54,382 bases of DNA from the NCBI GenBank assembly GCA_949747775.1, contig CATKGX010000112.1, forward strand, positions 1 through 54,382. The letters are read 5' to 3'. The DNA comes from an uncultured Clostridia bacterium (lineage in GTDB: Bacteria; Bacillota; Clostridia; TANB77; CAG-508). Positions 1-8,865 of the stretch are shown in pieces (the first letter of the stretch is position 1; every line of letters starts with the position of its first letter). Position numbers and translations under genes: made by a program. Below the pieces are notes generated by a model. The model was not told the DNA's origin. It was given only the letters and a program-made list of their open reading frames with translations, and searched no databases.

Positions 1-392
1 TAGTGACTAAATACAAATATAATAAAATATATAAAAATAAAATAATCAATTAAAATCCCCCTTGCATTATTAATAAATAGGAATACCTTTAGTCTTAATT
101 GTTCAAACATTGTCACAATATAAAAGTAATTGTATTATAACATAACATATAAAAATTTTGTATAAGATACATTAAAATGCAATAGCAAGAAAATAGGAAA
201 GCCAGTAGATAGATATTTAACTTTTGTAAATCCCAGACCCTGTATTTTCCTAGAAATGGAAGCAAAAATATTGAAAATATTGCAAAAATGTAATATAATT
301 GTAATATGAGCGTAATATTTCAAATACACCAATATCCGTAAAGACGAAAAAGATGGTTTGAGAATATATGGAAAAACTGGCAATCGTTGTTA

Positions 393-421
393 TTGACTAT
401 TGATGTAATTGAAAGTAAAAT
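393..421 (+). promoter_or_regulatory. sigma-A-type promoter candidate for the adhesin gene (TTGACT-17 nt-TAAAAT)
   Basis: TTGACT at 393-398, a 17-nt spacer, then TAAAAT at 416-421. It lies about 40 nt upstream of the adhesin start. Confidence 0.35.
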
Positions 422-459
422 AAAGATAATATAAAAGGAAAAAAAGGATGGAGGATAAT

Positions 460-3400
460 ATGAATCTAAGGAAAATCACATTAGTACTAATGATAATGAT
501 ACTAACAATATTAGCTAGTGGTATTTTTAATGTGGCATATGCAGCAAGTGTAACAGGAGAAACAAGAATGCTTAAAATAGAGCAACTTCGTAAATCAGGA
601 TACCAATATGCAGCAAACGAGAAATTTGTTTTCAAAATTTATGATGACCCTAGCTCTAGTACAAGACAAAGCTATTATTGTTTAAAAGGTGGTGCAGGTT
701 TTGGTTCTAGCGAATTTAAGCAAGAATCAAGAAACTATACACAATCTTTTGATATGAAGCAACCTAATACAATAACAGCTCCATATACAAATGCAATACC
801 AAACGTGAACAGCAGTACATATAAGTCATTATTATGGTTATTGGAAAATATATATGTAGCGCCAAAAATAAATGCTTCAACAGCTGAGGTAAATGCAGCA
901 CGTGAATATAGAGCAAAATTATTAAAAGATGCAGATATAGAAGGAATTACTAGCGAAGTTTCTACAGACAGTGAGTTAGACGATTTAATTGATGTTGTAC
1001 AACAATATGCTATTTGGTATTTCACTAATAGCGATATTTATCATGTAGAAAGCTTACCAGCAATTTGGAGAAACCCAAGCCAAGGAACTTATGTATCACA
1101 TCCAAATAATTGTACTTCAATAGATGATTTATATGATTCATTTGACTTAAGTGATTATTTAAGTGATTTATTTGACTATTTTGTAACAACAGCAAGACAA
1201 AAAGGAAGTACATACCAAATTACAACAGCAAGTAAACCATATGAACTAGACAAATTAATGATGCTAGATACAATAGTAGGACAAAATCATATTATTGGAC
1301 CATTTAAAATAAAAAAATTAAGTGATACACCAAGTACCCTTACAGCAACTTTTAAAAATGGAAACACAGTTATTACTCCAAAAATGCAAAATCAAGATGG
1401 TACTGTTACATATAGCACAATACAAGAAACAATTGGAAAAGAATTTTACATTTCAATTCCAAAAACAACACAACTAGATACAATCTCATTAGAAATAAGT
1501 GGTTCATATTATAACACAAACATTACATATTGGTCAGTAGAAAACGCACCAAATACAGAGCAACCAGTAGTAGAAGTAACAAGAACAAAAGAGCCATATT
1601 CAGACAGTACAACATATACACCAGTAGAAAGAACATTTGATTTAGCATTAAGAAAATTCATTACAAAAATTAATGATGTAGCACAAACTCCATCAAGAGA
1701 ACCAGTGATTTCAAGTGCAGAAATACAAGCATTAAAAAACGGAGGAAATACTTATACAACAGCAAATAAAGTACATCCTAAAAATGCTTTAACTGTAAAA
1801 ACAAATGACAAAGTAACATACACCATAAGAGTATATAATGAAGGTGAACTAGATGGATATGTAAAAGAGATTACAGACTACTTACCAGCAGGATTAAAAT
1901 TGGCAACCAATAGTACAATTAATACACAATATGGTTGGAGACAAGGAGCAAATGGAAAAGTAACAACAGACATTACATCACCAAATACAACAAATTCAGC
2001 AAATAGAGATAGAATTTATGCAAGTAGAACAACAGGAAGTGATAAGGTTTTACTAAAAGCATTTGATGGAACAAGACTAGATTATATTGATGTACAAATA
2101 GAATGTGAAGTTATTGCAACATCACAAAACAATTACAATGCACTAAAAAATATTGCAGAAATTACAAATGCAGAAGACATTAATGGAAACCCAAAAGATA
2201 GAGACTCTACGCCAAACAATGTAAATAAAGACAATTATGGAACAACAAGCCAAGAAGATGATGATGATTTCGAACAATTAATCTTAGAAGACAAGAAATT
2301 TGACTTGGCATTAAGAAAATTTATTACAAGCATTAACAATGTAGCACCAAATCCATCAAGAGAACCAGTGATTTCAAGTGCAGAAATACAAGCGCTAAAA
2401 AATGGAGGAGATACTTATACAACAGCAAATAAAGTACATCCAAAGAATGCTTTAACCGTGAAAACAAATGACAAAGTAATCTATACCATAAGAGTATATA
2501 ATGAAGGGGAAGTAGATGGATATGTAAAAGAAATTACAGACTACTTACCAGCAGGATTAAAACTTGCAGATGGCAGTACTCTAAATACACAGTATGGATG
2601 GAAACAAGGAGCAAATGGAGAAATAACAACAGATATTACATCACCAGATACTACAAATTCAACGAATAGGGATACAATTTATGCGAATAGAAGAACAGGA
2701 AGTGACAAAGTATTATTAAAAGCATTTGATGGAACAACATTAGATTATATTGACGTACAAATAGAGTGTGAAGTCATTGCAACAACAGAAAGTAACTACA
2801 ATGCACTAAAAAATGTTGCAGAAATCACAAAGCAAACAGACAAAGATGGAAAACCTGTAACAGATAGAGATTCAGATCCAGACAATGTAGATAAAGACAA
2901 TTATGGAACAACAAGCCAAGAAGATGATGACGATTTCGAGCAATTAATACTAGAAAATAAAAGATTTGACTTAGCCTTAAGAAAATTTATTACAAGTATT
3001 AACAATGTAGCACCAAACCCATCAAGAGTACCAGTGATTTCAAATGCAGAAATAGAAAAACTAAAAAACGGTGGAGATAACTATACAACAGCAAGTAAAG
3101 TACATCCTAAAAATGCATTAGAAGTAAACACAAGCGATAAAGTAATTTATACCATAAGAGTATATAATGAAGGGGAAGTAGATGGATATGTAAAAGAAAT
3201 TACAGACTACTTACCAGCAGGATTAAAATTAGTAGATGGTAGTACATTAAATGCAGAGTATGGTTGGAAACAAGGAGAAGATGGAAAAGTAACAACAGAC
3301 ATTACCTCTCCAGATACAACAAATGCAGCAAATAGAGACAGAATTTATGCTTCAAGAAGAACAGAAAATGATAAAGTATTATTAAAAGCATTTGATGGAA

Positions 3401-5565
3401 CAACATTAGATTATATTGATGTACAAATAGAATGTGAAGTTATTGCAACAGTTCAAAATAAAGATAATATTCTAAAAAACATTGCAGAAATTACAAAACA
3501 AACAGACAAAGATGGAAATGAAATAAAAGATAGAGATTCAGATCCAAACAATGTAGATAAAGACAAATATGGAACAACAAGTCAAGAAGATGATGATGAT
3601 TTCGAGCAACTAGTATTATCAGGAAAATATTTTGACTTAGCATTAAGAAAATTTATTACAGGCGTTAAAAATGATAAAAACTTAGTAGATGAAAACGGAA
3701 AATTCATTAGAGAACCAGTAGTAGATGTAAAACCATTAATAGATGGAAAAGACACAGCAATCTATAAACATCCAAAAGTACCAGTAAGCGTAGATGTAGG
3801 CGAAATTGTAACATATACCATAAGAGTCTACAATGAAGGACAAATCGATGGATATGTTAATGAAATTACAGACCACCTACCACAATGGTTAGAATTTGTA
3901 AATAACGAATTTAATGCATCATATGGTTGGAAAGTATCTGAAGATGGAAGAACTGTAACAACAGATATTACATCACCAAATACTGAAAATTCAGCTAATA
4001 GAGACTTAATTTATGCACAAAGAAGAGAAGAAAGTGATAAAGTACTATTAAAAGCATTTAATAAAGAAACAAAAGAACTAGACTATATTGATGTTCGTAT
4101 TCAATGTAAAGTAAAAGATACAGGAACAGCAGAGAAAATTACCAATATAGCACAAATTACAAAACAATCAGATAAAAGTGGAAACGTAGTGCCAGATAGA
4201 GACTCTACACCAAACAATAAAACACTACCAAAAGATGAGGTACTACCAGATTATAGAGATAATGAAATTAACAGAGGAGATGAATATATACCAGGAGACG
4301 AAGATGATGACGACTTTGAAAAAGTAATTATTCAGAAATTCGACTTGGCACTAAGAAAATTCATTACCAATGTAAACAAACAAGCAATTACAACTAGAAT
4401 ACCAGTCTTCTCAAAAGACAAAGATGGAAACTTTAAATATACACATCCAAAAACACCAGTAGAAGTAGTAAATGGGGACATTGTTATTTATACACTTCGT
4501 ATATATAATGAAGGAAACCAAGCTGGATATGCAGAAGAAGTAAAAGATAATTTACCAGAAGGGCTAGAATACTTACCAGAGCATGACCTAAACAAAGGTT
4601 ATAGATGGAAAATGTATAAAGAAGATGGAACAGAAACACAAAATGTAAAAGAAGCTAAAACAATTAGAACAGATTATTTATCAAAAGCACAAGAAACAGA
4701 AACAAAAAGAGATAATCTATTAAAAGCATTTGACCAAAAAACAATGACACAACCAGACTACAGAGATGTAAAAGTAGCATTCAAAGTAACAGAGCCAAAT
4801 ACTTCAGATAGAATTCTAATTAATACAGCAGAAATATCAGAAGATGCAGATGAAGAAGGAAATCCAGTAGAAGATATTGACTCAGTACCAGACAATGATA
4901 AAGAAAAAGAAGACGATATTGATATTGAAAAAGTAAAAGTAAAATATTTTGACTTAGCATTAGAAAAAATAGTAACAGAATATAGCATTACAAGAGACGG
5001 AAAAACAACAAAAACAAAAACAGGACATAAATTTGGAGTACATCCAGAGCCTGTTGCAAAAGTGGAAATTATTGAAGAAACAATTAAAAGAGGAACCGTC
5101 AAATTCAAATATCAAATTAAAGTAACAAACGAAGGCGAAATTGAAGGATATGCAACAGAGATAAAAGATTATATTCCAGAAGGGTTAAAATTTGTAGAAA
5201 AAGACAACAAAAAATGGAAACTATCAAAAGATGGAAAAACAGTAACAACAGACCAGTTAAAAGATAAATTACTAAAACCAGGAGAAAGTGCAGTAGTAGA
5301 GATTACGCTTCAATGGATTAATGGTTCAAAGAACTTGGGACTAAAACAAAACTGGGCAGAAATTAGCAAAGACAAAAACGATAGTGACACACCAGACATT
5401 GACTCTACACCAGATAATAATAAAAAAGGTGAAGATGATATAGATGATGCAAAAGTTATCCTATCAGTTGTAACAGGTATAGGAGAAAGTTATATAGGTA
5501 TTATAGCAGGAGTACTTGTTATACTTGCAGGAGGAATTCTATTAATTAAAAAGTTTGTTATGTAA
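460..5565 (+). CDS. Large surface adhesin: signal peptide, N-terminal thioester (TQXA-type) domain, six tandem beta-sandwich repeats (DUF11/Cna-B-like, assigned from memory), C-terminal membrane anchor
   Basis: ORF 448..5565. I place the start at ATG 460 because GGAGG at 450-454 precedes it. The signal peptide ends ...NVAYA/AS. YYCLKGG (Cys codon 679-681) and VQQYAIWYF (Gln codon 1003-1005) fit the Cys and TQxA(I/V)W motifs of thioester domains. There are six FDLALRKFIT...DRDSxPxN...DDDDFE repeats. The C-terminus is a hydrophobic stretch plus KK, with no LPXTG. Confidence 0.9.
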   Translation: MNLRKITLVLMIMILTILASGIFNVAYAASVTGETRMLKIEQLRKSGYQYAANEKFVFKIYDDPSSSTRQSYYCLKGGAGFGSSEFKQESRNYTQSFDMKQPNTITAPYTNAIPNVNSSTYKSLLWLLENIYVAPKINASTAEVNAAREYRAKLLKDADIEGITSEVSTDSELDDLIDVVQQYAIWYFTNSDIYHVESLPAIWRNPSQGTYVSHPNNCTSIDDLYDSFDLSDYLSDLFDYFVTTARQKGSTYQITTASKPYELDKLMMLDTIVGQNHIIGPFKIKKLSDTPSTLTATFKNGNTVITPKMQNQDGTVTYSTIQETIGKEFYISIPKTTQLDTISLEISGSYYNTNITYWSVENAPNTEQPVVEVTRTKEPYSDSTTYTPVERTFDLALRKFITKINDVAQTPSREPVISSAEIQALKNGGNTYTTANKVHPKNALTVKTNDKVTYTIRVYNEGELDGYVKEITDYLPAGLKLATNSTINTQYGWRQGANGKVTTDITSPNTTNSANRDRIYASRTTGSDKVLLKAFDGTRLDYIDVQIECEVIATSQNNYNALKNIAEITNAEDINGNPKDRDSTPNNVNKDNYGTTSQEDDDDFEQLILEDKKFDLALRKFITSINNVAPNPSREPVISSAEIQALKNGGDTYTTANKVHPKNALTVKTNDKVIYTIRVYNEGEVDGYVKEITDYLPAGLKLADGSTLNTQYGWKQGANGEITTDITSPDTTNSTNRDTIYANRRTGSDKVLLKAFDGTTLDYIDVQIECEVIATTESNYNALKNVAEITKQTDKDGKPVTDRDSDPDNVDKDNYGTTSQEDDDDFEQLILENKRFDLALRKFITSINNVAPNPSRVPVISNAEIEKLKNGGDNYTTASKVHPKNALEVNTSDKVIYTIRVYNEGEVDGYVKEITDYLPAGLKLVDGSTLNAEYGWKQGEDGKVTTDITSPDTTNAANRDRIYASRRTENDKVLLKAFDGTTLDYIDVQIECEVIATVQNKDNILKNIAEITKQTDKDGNEIKDRDSDPNNVDKDKYGTTSQEDDDDFEQLVLSGKYFDLALRKFITGVKNDKNLVDENGKFIREPVVDVKPLIDGKDTAIYKHPKVPVSVDVGEIVTYTIRVYNEGQIDGYVNEITDHLPQWLEFVNNEFNASYGWKVSEDGRTVTTDITSPNTENSANRDLIYAQRREESDKVLLKAFNKETKELDYIDVRIQCKVKDTGTAEKITNIAQITKQSDKSGNVVPDRDSTPNNKTLPKDEVLPDYRDNEINRGDEYIPGDEDDDDFEKVIIQKFDLALRKFITNVNKQAITTRIPVFSKDKDGNFKYTHPKTPVEVVNGDIVIYTLRIYNEGNQAGYAEEVKDNLPEGLEYLPEHDLNKGYRWKMYKEDGTETQNVKEAKTIRTDYLSKAQETETKRDNLLKAFDQKTMTQPDYRDVKVAFKVTEPNTSDRILINTAEISEDADEEGNPVEDIDSVPDNDKEKEDDIDIEKVKVKYFDLALEKIVTEYSITRDGKTTKTKTGHKFGVHPEPVAKVEIIEETIKRGTVKFKYQIKVTNEGEIEGYATEIKDYIPEGLKFVEKDNKKWKLSKDGKTVTTDQLKDKLLKPGESAVVEITLQWINGSKNLGLKQNWAEISKDKNDSDTPDIDSTPDNNKKGEDDIDDAKVILSVVTGIGESYIGIIAGVLVILAGGILLIKKFVM
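1636..5460 (+). repeat. Six tandem in-frame domain repeats inside the adhesin gene (units start at 1636, 2299, 2965, 3631, 4339, 4948)
   Basis: Each unit opens with TTTGA(Y)TT(R)GCATTAAGAAAATT (FDLALRKF). The period is 663-666 nt for units 1-3 and about 610-710 nt for the later, diverged units. Units 1-3 are roughly 85-90% identical at nucleotide level by eye. Confidence 0.9.
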
Positions 5566-5578
5566 TAAAATAACAGAA

Positions 5579-5615
5579 AAGTTCAAGAAGACATAAGTCA
5601 ACTTGAACTTTTTTT
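5579..5615 (+). terminator. Rho-independent terminator after the adhesin gene
   Basis: Stem AAGTTCAAG (5579-5587) pairs with CTTGAACTT (5602-5610), followed by TTTTT. Confidence 0.75.
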
Positions 5616-5729
5616 ATAGCTAGAGTTTTATCTCACACAGCTTTGGAAATGCACACACATAAAAAGAAAAAATATAGTTTACATCGAAAAAACGTTGTGA
5701 TATAATGCAAGTTGATAGGGGTGACACAT

Positions 5730-6665
5730 ATGAACCAAATTCTTATGGTAGAAGATAAGAAAAAGAAAACAAAAAAGACAAGAAGTTCAGGACCATTGGA
5801 AATAAGTAGCAGTATAAGAATATTTGCAATTAGTATTATTATATTTGCAGTTGTTTTTATAGGACAAGGCTCATTTGCAATGTATAAAGAAGCAAAAGGA
5901 AAAAACAAAGAAAATATGCCAACAATCCATATAGAAAGAGTAAATGACACAGTTATTTTAACAGTAGATAGTAGTTATCAAATAACTTATTTAAAATATA
6001 GTTGGAACGATGCAGAAGAAACAAGAATTCCAGTAGAAGCCTCTTCTACGACAGAAGAAATTCTTTTACCAACAGAAAATAGTGTTTTAAATATTGCAGT
6101 AGAAGACGAAACAGGAAGAGTTGTAAAATACCAAAAAGAATTCATTGTAGAAGGAATCGATATGAAAGAACCAGAAATTTTGGTAGAACAAGAAGGTGCT
6201 ACAGGTAGTATTAGAATAACAGCAACAGACGAAACGCAAATGGCATATATCACATATAAAGTAAATGACGAAGATGAAATTAGAATAGACAAATCAGCAC
6301 TAGAAAATAAAACAATGAAATACATTCTAAAGTTAGAACGAGGAGAAAACAAAGTTATTGTAACAGCAGTAGATACATCAGGAAACATTGCAACAGAAGA
6401 AAAAAGAGTTGTTGTCTCAGGAAAAAGTGAAATTAAACTAGCAATAGAAAATGGAAAACTAATTGTTATGGCAACAGATGAAGACGGAATAAGAGACATA
6501 GAAATTAACTTAAATGGACAAGTACGTTCTGTAAAAGATATTAATCAAAAGGAAGTAAAAGTACCACTAGAAATTACACAAGAAAAAAATACAGTAAGTG
6601 TTATTGTAACAAATGTAAATTCATTAGTAACAGGTGGAACAAGAGAATTTAATTATGCAAGGTAA
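5730..6665 (+). CDS. Single-pass membrane protein with a repetitive beta-rich ectodomain, function unknown
   Basis: ORF 5712..6665. ATG 5730 is preceded by AGGGGTG. The basic N-terminus KKKKTKKTR is followed by the TM segment IRIFAISIIIFAVVFIG. The rest of the protein is rich in E/T/V. I recognise no family motif. Confidence 0.7.
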   Translation: MNQILMVEDKKKKTKKTRSSGPLEISSSIRIFAISIIIFAVVFIGQGSFAMYKEAKGKNKENMPTIHIERVNDTVILTVDSSYQITYLKYSWNDAEETRIPVEASSTTEEILLPTENSVLNIAVEDETGRVVKYQKEFIVEGIDMKEPEILVEQEGATGSIRITATDETQMAYITYKVNDEDEIRIDKSALENKTMKYILKLERGENKVIVTAVDTSGNIATEEKRVVVSGKSEIKLAIENGKLIVMATDEDGIRDIEINLNGQVRSVKDINQKEVKVPLEITQEKNTVSVIVTNVNSLVTGGTREFNYAR

Positions 6666-7443
6666 ATTATTATTCTATTTTGCACTATACTCGTTAATAG
6701 GATGGTGCATTGAGTCAATTTATAAAACAATATTAGAAAAAAAGTGGGTTAATAGTGGATTTTTATATGGACCATTTTGTCCAATTTATGGTTTTGGAGT
6801 AGTACTAATGATACTACTTCTAAAGCCATTACAAAATAACATTTTAGGAATATTTATTGCAAGTACAATATTATTAACAATTTGGGAATATGCCGCAGCA
6901 GTAATATTAGAAAAAATATTTAAAACAAAATATTGGGACTACTCAGATTTAAAATTTAACTTTCAAGGAAGAATATGCTTAAAAAATTCTATTTACTGGG
7001 GAATTATGGGAACACTATTTACTTTTATGGTACATCCTTTTATAGAAAGTAAAGTAGATCTAATTCCAACTAGAGCGTTATTTTATACAGATATTTTTAT
7101 TTACATTATCTTTATAACAGACGTTATTATTACAGTAACAAAAGTGTTATTTATTGATAAAAAAATACAACAATTACATGAAATTAGTGATAAAATAAAA
7201 GAAAAAATTAATGAATTAAAGAAAGCAGAAACATTAGAAAAAGTAGCTGTAGAAAATATAACAGCGGTAATTGGAGAACTAAAACAGCAACAAGCTATTC
7301 TAAAAATAAAGTTATATAAACTAATAATTAGACTAAAAAAAGCATTTCCAACAATGCAGTCAGAAACAATTAGTAAATTTCTAAATCAAAAGATAGAAAT
7401 CAAAAAAATAATAAACAAGATAGGAAAAAATAAGGGGGAATAA
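6655..7443 (+). CDS. Polytopic membrane protein of the 'putative ABC-transporter type IV' (CmpB/PF06541-like) family with a C-terminal coiled-coil tail
   Basis: YSLIGWCIESIYKTI...GFLYGPFCPIYGFG matches the family N-terminal motif as I remember it. There are several TM segments. ATG 6655 overlaps the upstream stop, suggesting translational coupling. Confidence 0.7.
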   Translation: MQGKLLFYFALYSLIGWCIESIYKTILEKKWVNSGFLYGPFCPIYGFGVVLMILLLKPLQNNILGIFIASTILLTIWEYAAAVILEKIFKTKYWDYSDLKFNFQGRICLKNSIYWGIMGTLFTFMVHPFIESKVDLIPTRALFYTDIFIYIIFITDVIITVTKVLFIDKKIQQLHEISDKIKEKINELKKAETLEKVAVENITAVIGELKQQQAILKIKLYKLIIRLKKAFPTMQSETISKFLNQKIEIKKIINKIGKNKGE

Positions 7444-7445
7444 AG

Positions 7446-8387
7446 ATGGCCCAATCTATTTATGTAATAGACAACGATGATACCTTGAAAAGTATATTAA
7501 ACAAAATATTTAAAGAAGAGAAAGATTACAAGTTTAAAAAAGTAGATACAAAAAGAATTGATATAGCATTAAAAAATATACCATCACTTATTCTTATTAA
7601 TGAAGACACATTAGACGAAGACATCCTAGAAGTGTGTAAAAAAATTCGTTCTAATGAAGATAATAGCATTACGCCAATTATTGTTATTTCTTCTAATAAA
7701 GAAAAACAACATAGAATTAGTGTTTTAAAAGAATGTGTAGAACACTATATAAAATCACCAATAGACGAAGAGTATTTGTACTATACGGTAAAAAATGTTA
7801 TTAGATTATTATACATTAATAGAAGAGTAAGTCCGTTAACAGGTTTGCCAGGGAATGTTCAAATACAAGCAGAAATGAAAAAAAGGCTACTAAACAAAGA
7901 AGGCTTTGTTATGCTATACTTTGACTTAGATAATTTTAAAGCATATAACGATGTATATGGATTTTTAAATGGAGACGAGATTATTAAATTTACAGGAAAA
8001 ACAATTGTTAGAAATATAGAGGGACTAACTAGTGGAGACGGATTTGTGGGACACATTGGAGGAGACGATTTTGTTGCAATTGTTTCAGTAAATGACAATT
8101 ACGAATATATATGTCAAAATATTATTGCGGAATTTGAAAAAGAAGTTGTAAAATTCTTTAACGCAGATGATGTAGAAAAAGGTTACCTAGAAGTACCAAA
8201 TAGAAGAGGTATTATAGAGGAGTTTCCTCTTACTTCAATCTCAGTGGGAGTGGTTGTAGCAGATAAAGGCAGATTTCATAATGTACTAGAAATAGGGGAA
8301 GCGGGAGCTCAAGTAAAGCACTTAGCGAAAACAACGATGGGAAGTGCATATTCAATTGACAGACGTAAACACACAGAAGAAAAGTAA
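7446..8387 (+). CDS. Receiver-like domain fused to a GGDEF-family domain with a GGDDF variant motif
   Basis: The REC-like N-terminus has IDNDD, PIIVISS and YIKSP, but reads LILINEDT where DLILLD is expected. The GGDEF domain shows PLTGLPGN, YFDLDNFKAYND and HIGGDDFVAIV. Confidence 0.85.
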   Translation: MAQSIYVIDNDDTLKSILNKIFKEEKDYKFKKVDTKRIDIALKNIPSLILINEDTLDEDILEVCKKIRSNEDNSITPIIVISSNKEKQHRISVLKECVEHYIKSPIDEEYLYYTVKNVIRLLYINRRVSPLTGLPGNVQIQAEMKKRLLNKEGFVMLYFDLDNFKAYNDVYGFLNGDEIIKFTGKTIVRNIEGLTSGDGFVGHIGGDDFVAIVSVNDNYEYICQNIIAEFEKEVVKFFNADDVEKGYLEVPNRRGIIEEFPLTSISVGVVVADKGRFHNVLEIGEAGAQVKHLAKTTMGSAYSIDRRKHTEEK

Positions 8388-8392
8388 AAAAG

Positions 8393-8421
8393 TTGCAATA
8401 TTCTACATAATGTGGTATAAT
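8393..8421 (+). promoter_or_regulatory. Extended -10 promoter of the high-GC cassette gene (TTGCAA-17 nt-TGgTATAAT)
   Basis: TTGCAA at 8393-8398, a 17-nt spacer ending in TGG, then TATAAT at 8416-8421. Confidence 0.55.
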
Positions 8422-8495
8422 AAAATTATGTAAAAGCTCTAGATAGAGCATGCAAACTAAATAATGGGCTATAGCCCAAATAAGGAGTTATCACT

Positions 8496-8819
8496 ATGAA
8501 AAACTATTACAGCGAAATGAACCGGAACCTCACCAGCACTGAAGTAAATGCAAGCCTGACATTCGTCCAGAATGTTATCGCCAAGCTGAGCAAGCACAGC
8601 GGCAAGAAGAACTCTTCGCGGCTGCAGCCAGATATTGATGGTCTGTGTGCAGAAATGCCCATTCTTCATATGCCAGAGGACATGCGGCAGAAATGCAGCA
8701 AGTATTTCAGCGACATGTATCTTAGCGGGAAGGTGTCAAAAGGCGCAATGCAGTTCTTCCAGCTGGCGGAAGCTCGGCTGAAGCAAGAAGAAAGGAAGCT
8801 CGAGGAAGCTGGGGCATAA
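8496..8819 (+). CDS. Hypothetical 107-aa protein on a high-GC islet
   Basis: The ORF has AAGGAG 6 nt upstream. Sampled 60-nt stretches are near 48% GC, against 22-30% nearby. It uses CGG four times as in-frame Arg. I recognise no family. Confidence 0.6.
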   Translation: MKNYYSEMNRNLTSTEVNASLTFVQNVIAKLSKHSGKKNSSRLQPDIDGLCAEMPILHMPEDMRQKCSKYFSDMYLSGKVSKGAMQFFQLAEARLKQEERKLEEAGA

Positions 8820-8824
8820 GCAAG

Positions 8825-8860
8825 AAAAAGGCGGGATGCTATGTAAGCACCCCGCTTTCT
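8825..8860. terminator. Bidirectional terminator between the islet gene and the acyl-CoA ligase gene
   Basis: Stem GCGGGATGC (8831-8839) pairs with GCACCCCGC (8847-8855). It is flanked by an A-run on the left and TTTCT on the right. Confidence 0.65.
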
Positions 8861-8865
8861 CCATG

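Noticed and set aside
1-447. c-di-GMP riboswitch upstream of the adhesin gene (and likewise at 23429-23838 upstream of the GLUG gene)
   Set aside because: I looked for GEMM-I hallmarks (GGCAAACC, GACGCAAAGC) and class-II-like GC-rich pseudoknot segments and found none. These leaders are almost pure AT.
735-5108. Antisense ORFs inside the adhesin gene (735..1025, 1025..1213 and 4758..5108 on the minus strand)
   Set aside because: They lie wholly inside a strongly supported 1705-codon gene. Their translations are low-complexity S/F/L-rich shadows of an A-rich coding strand, and they have no SD.
5440-5565. Sortase signal at the adhesin C-terminus
   Set aside because: No LPXTG, SPKTG or NPQTN-type motif is present. 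Only VVTG precedes the TM segment and KK tail, which is too weak to call a sorting signal.
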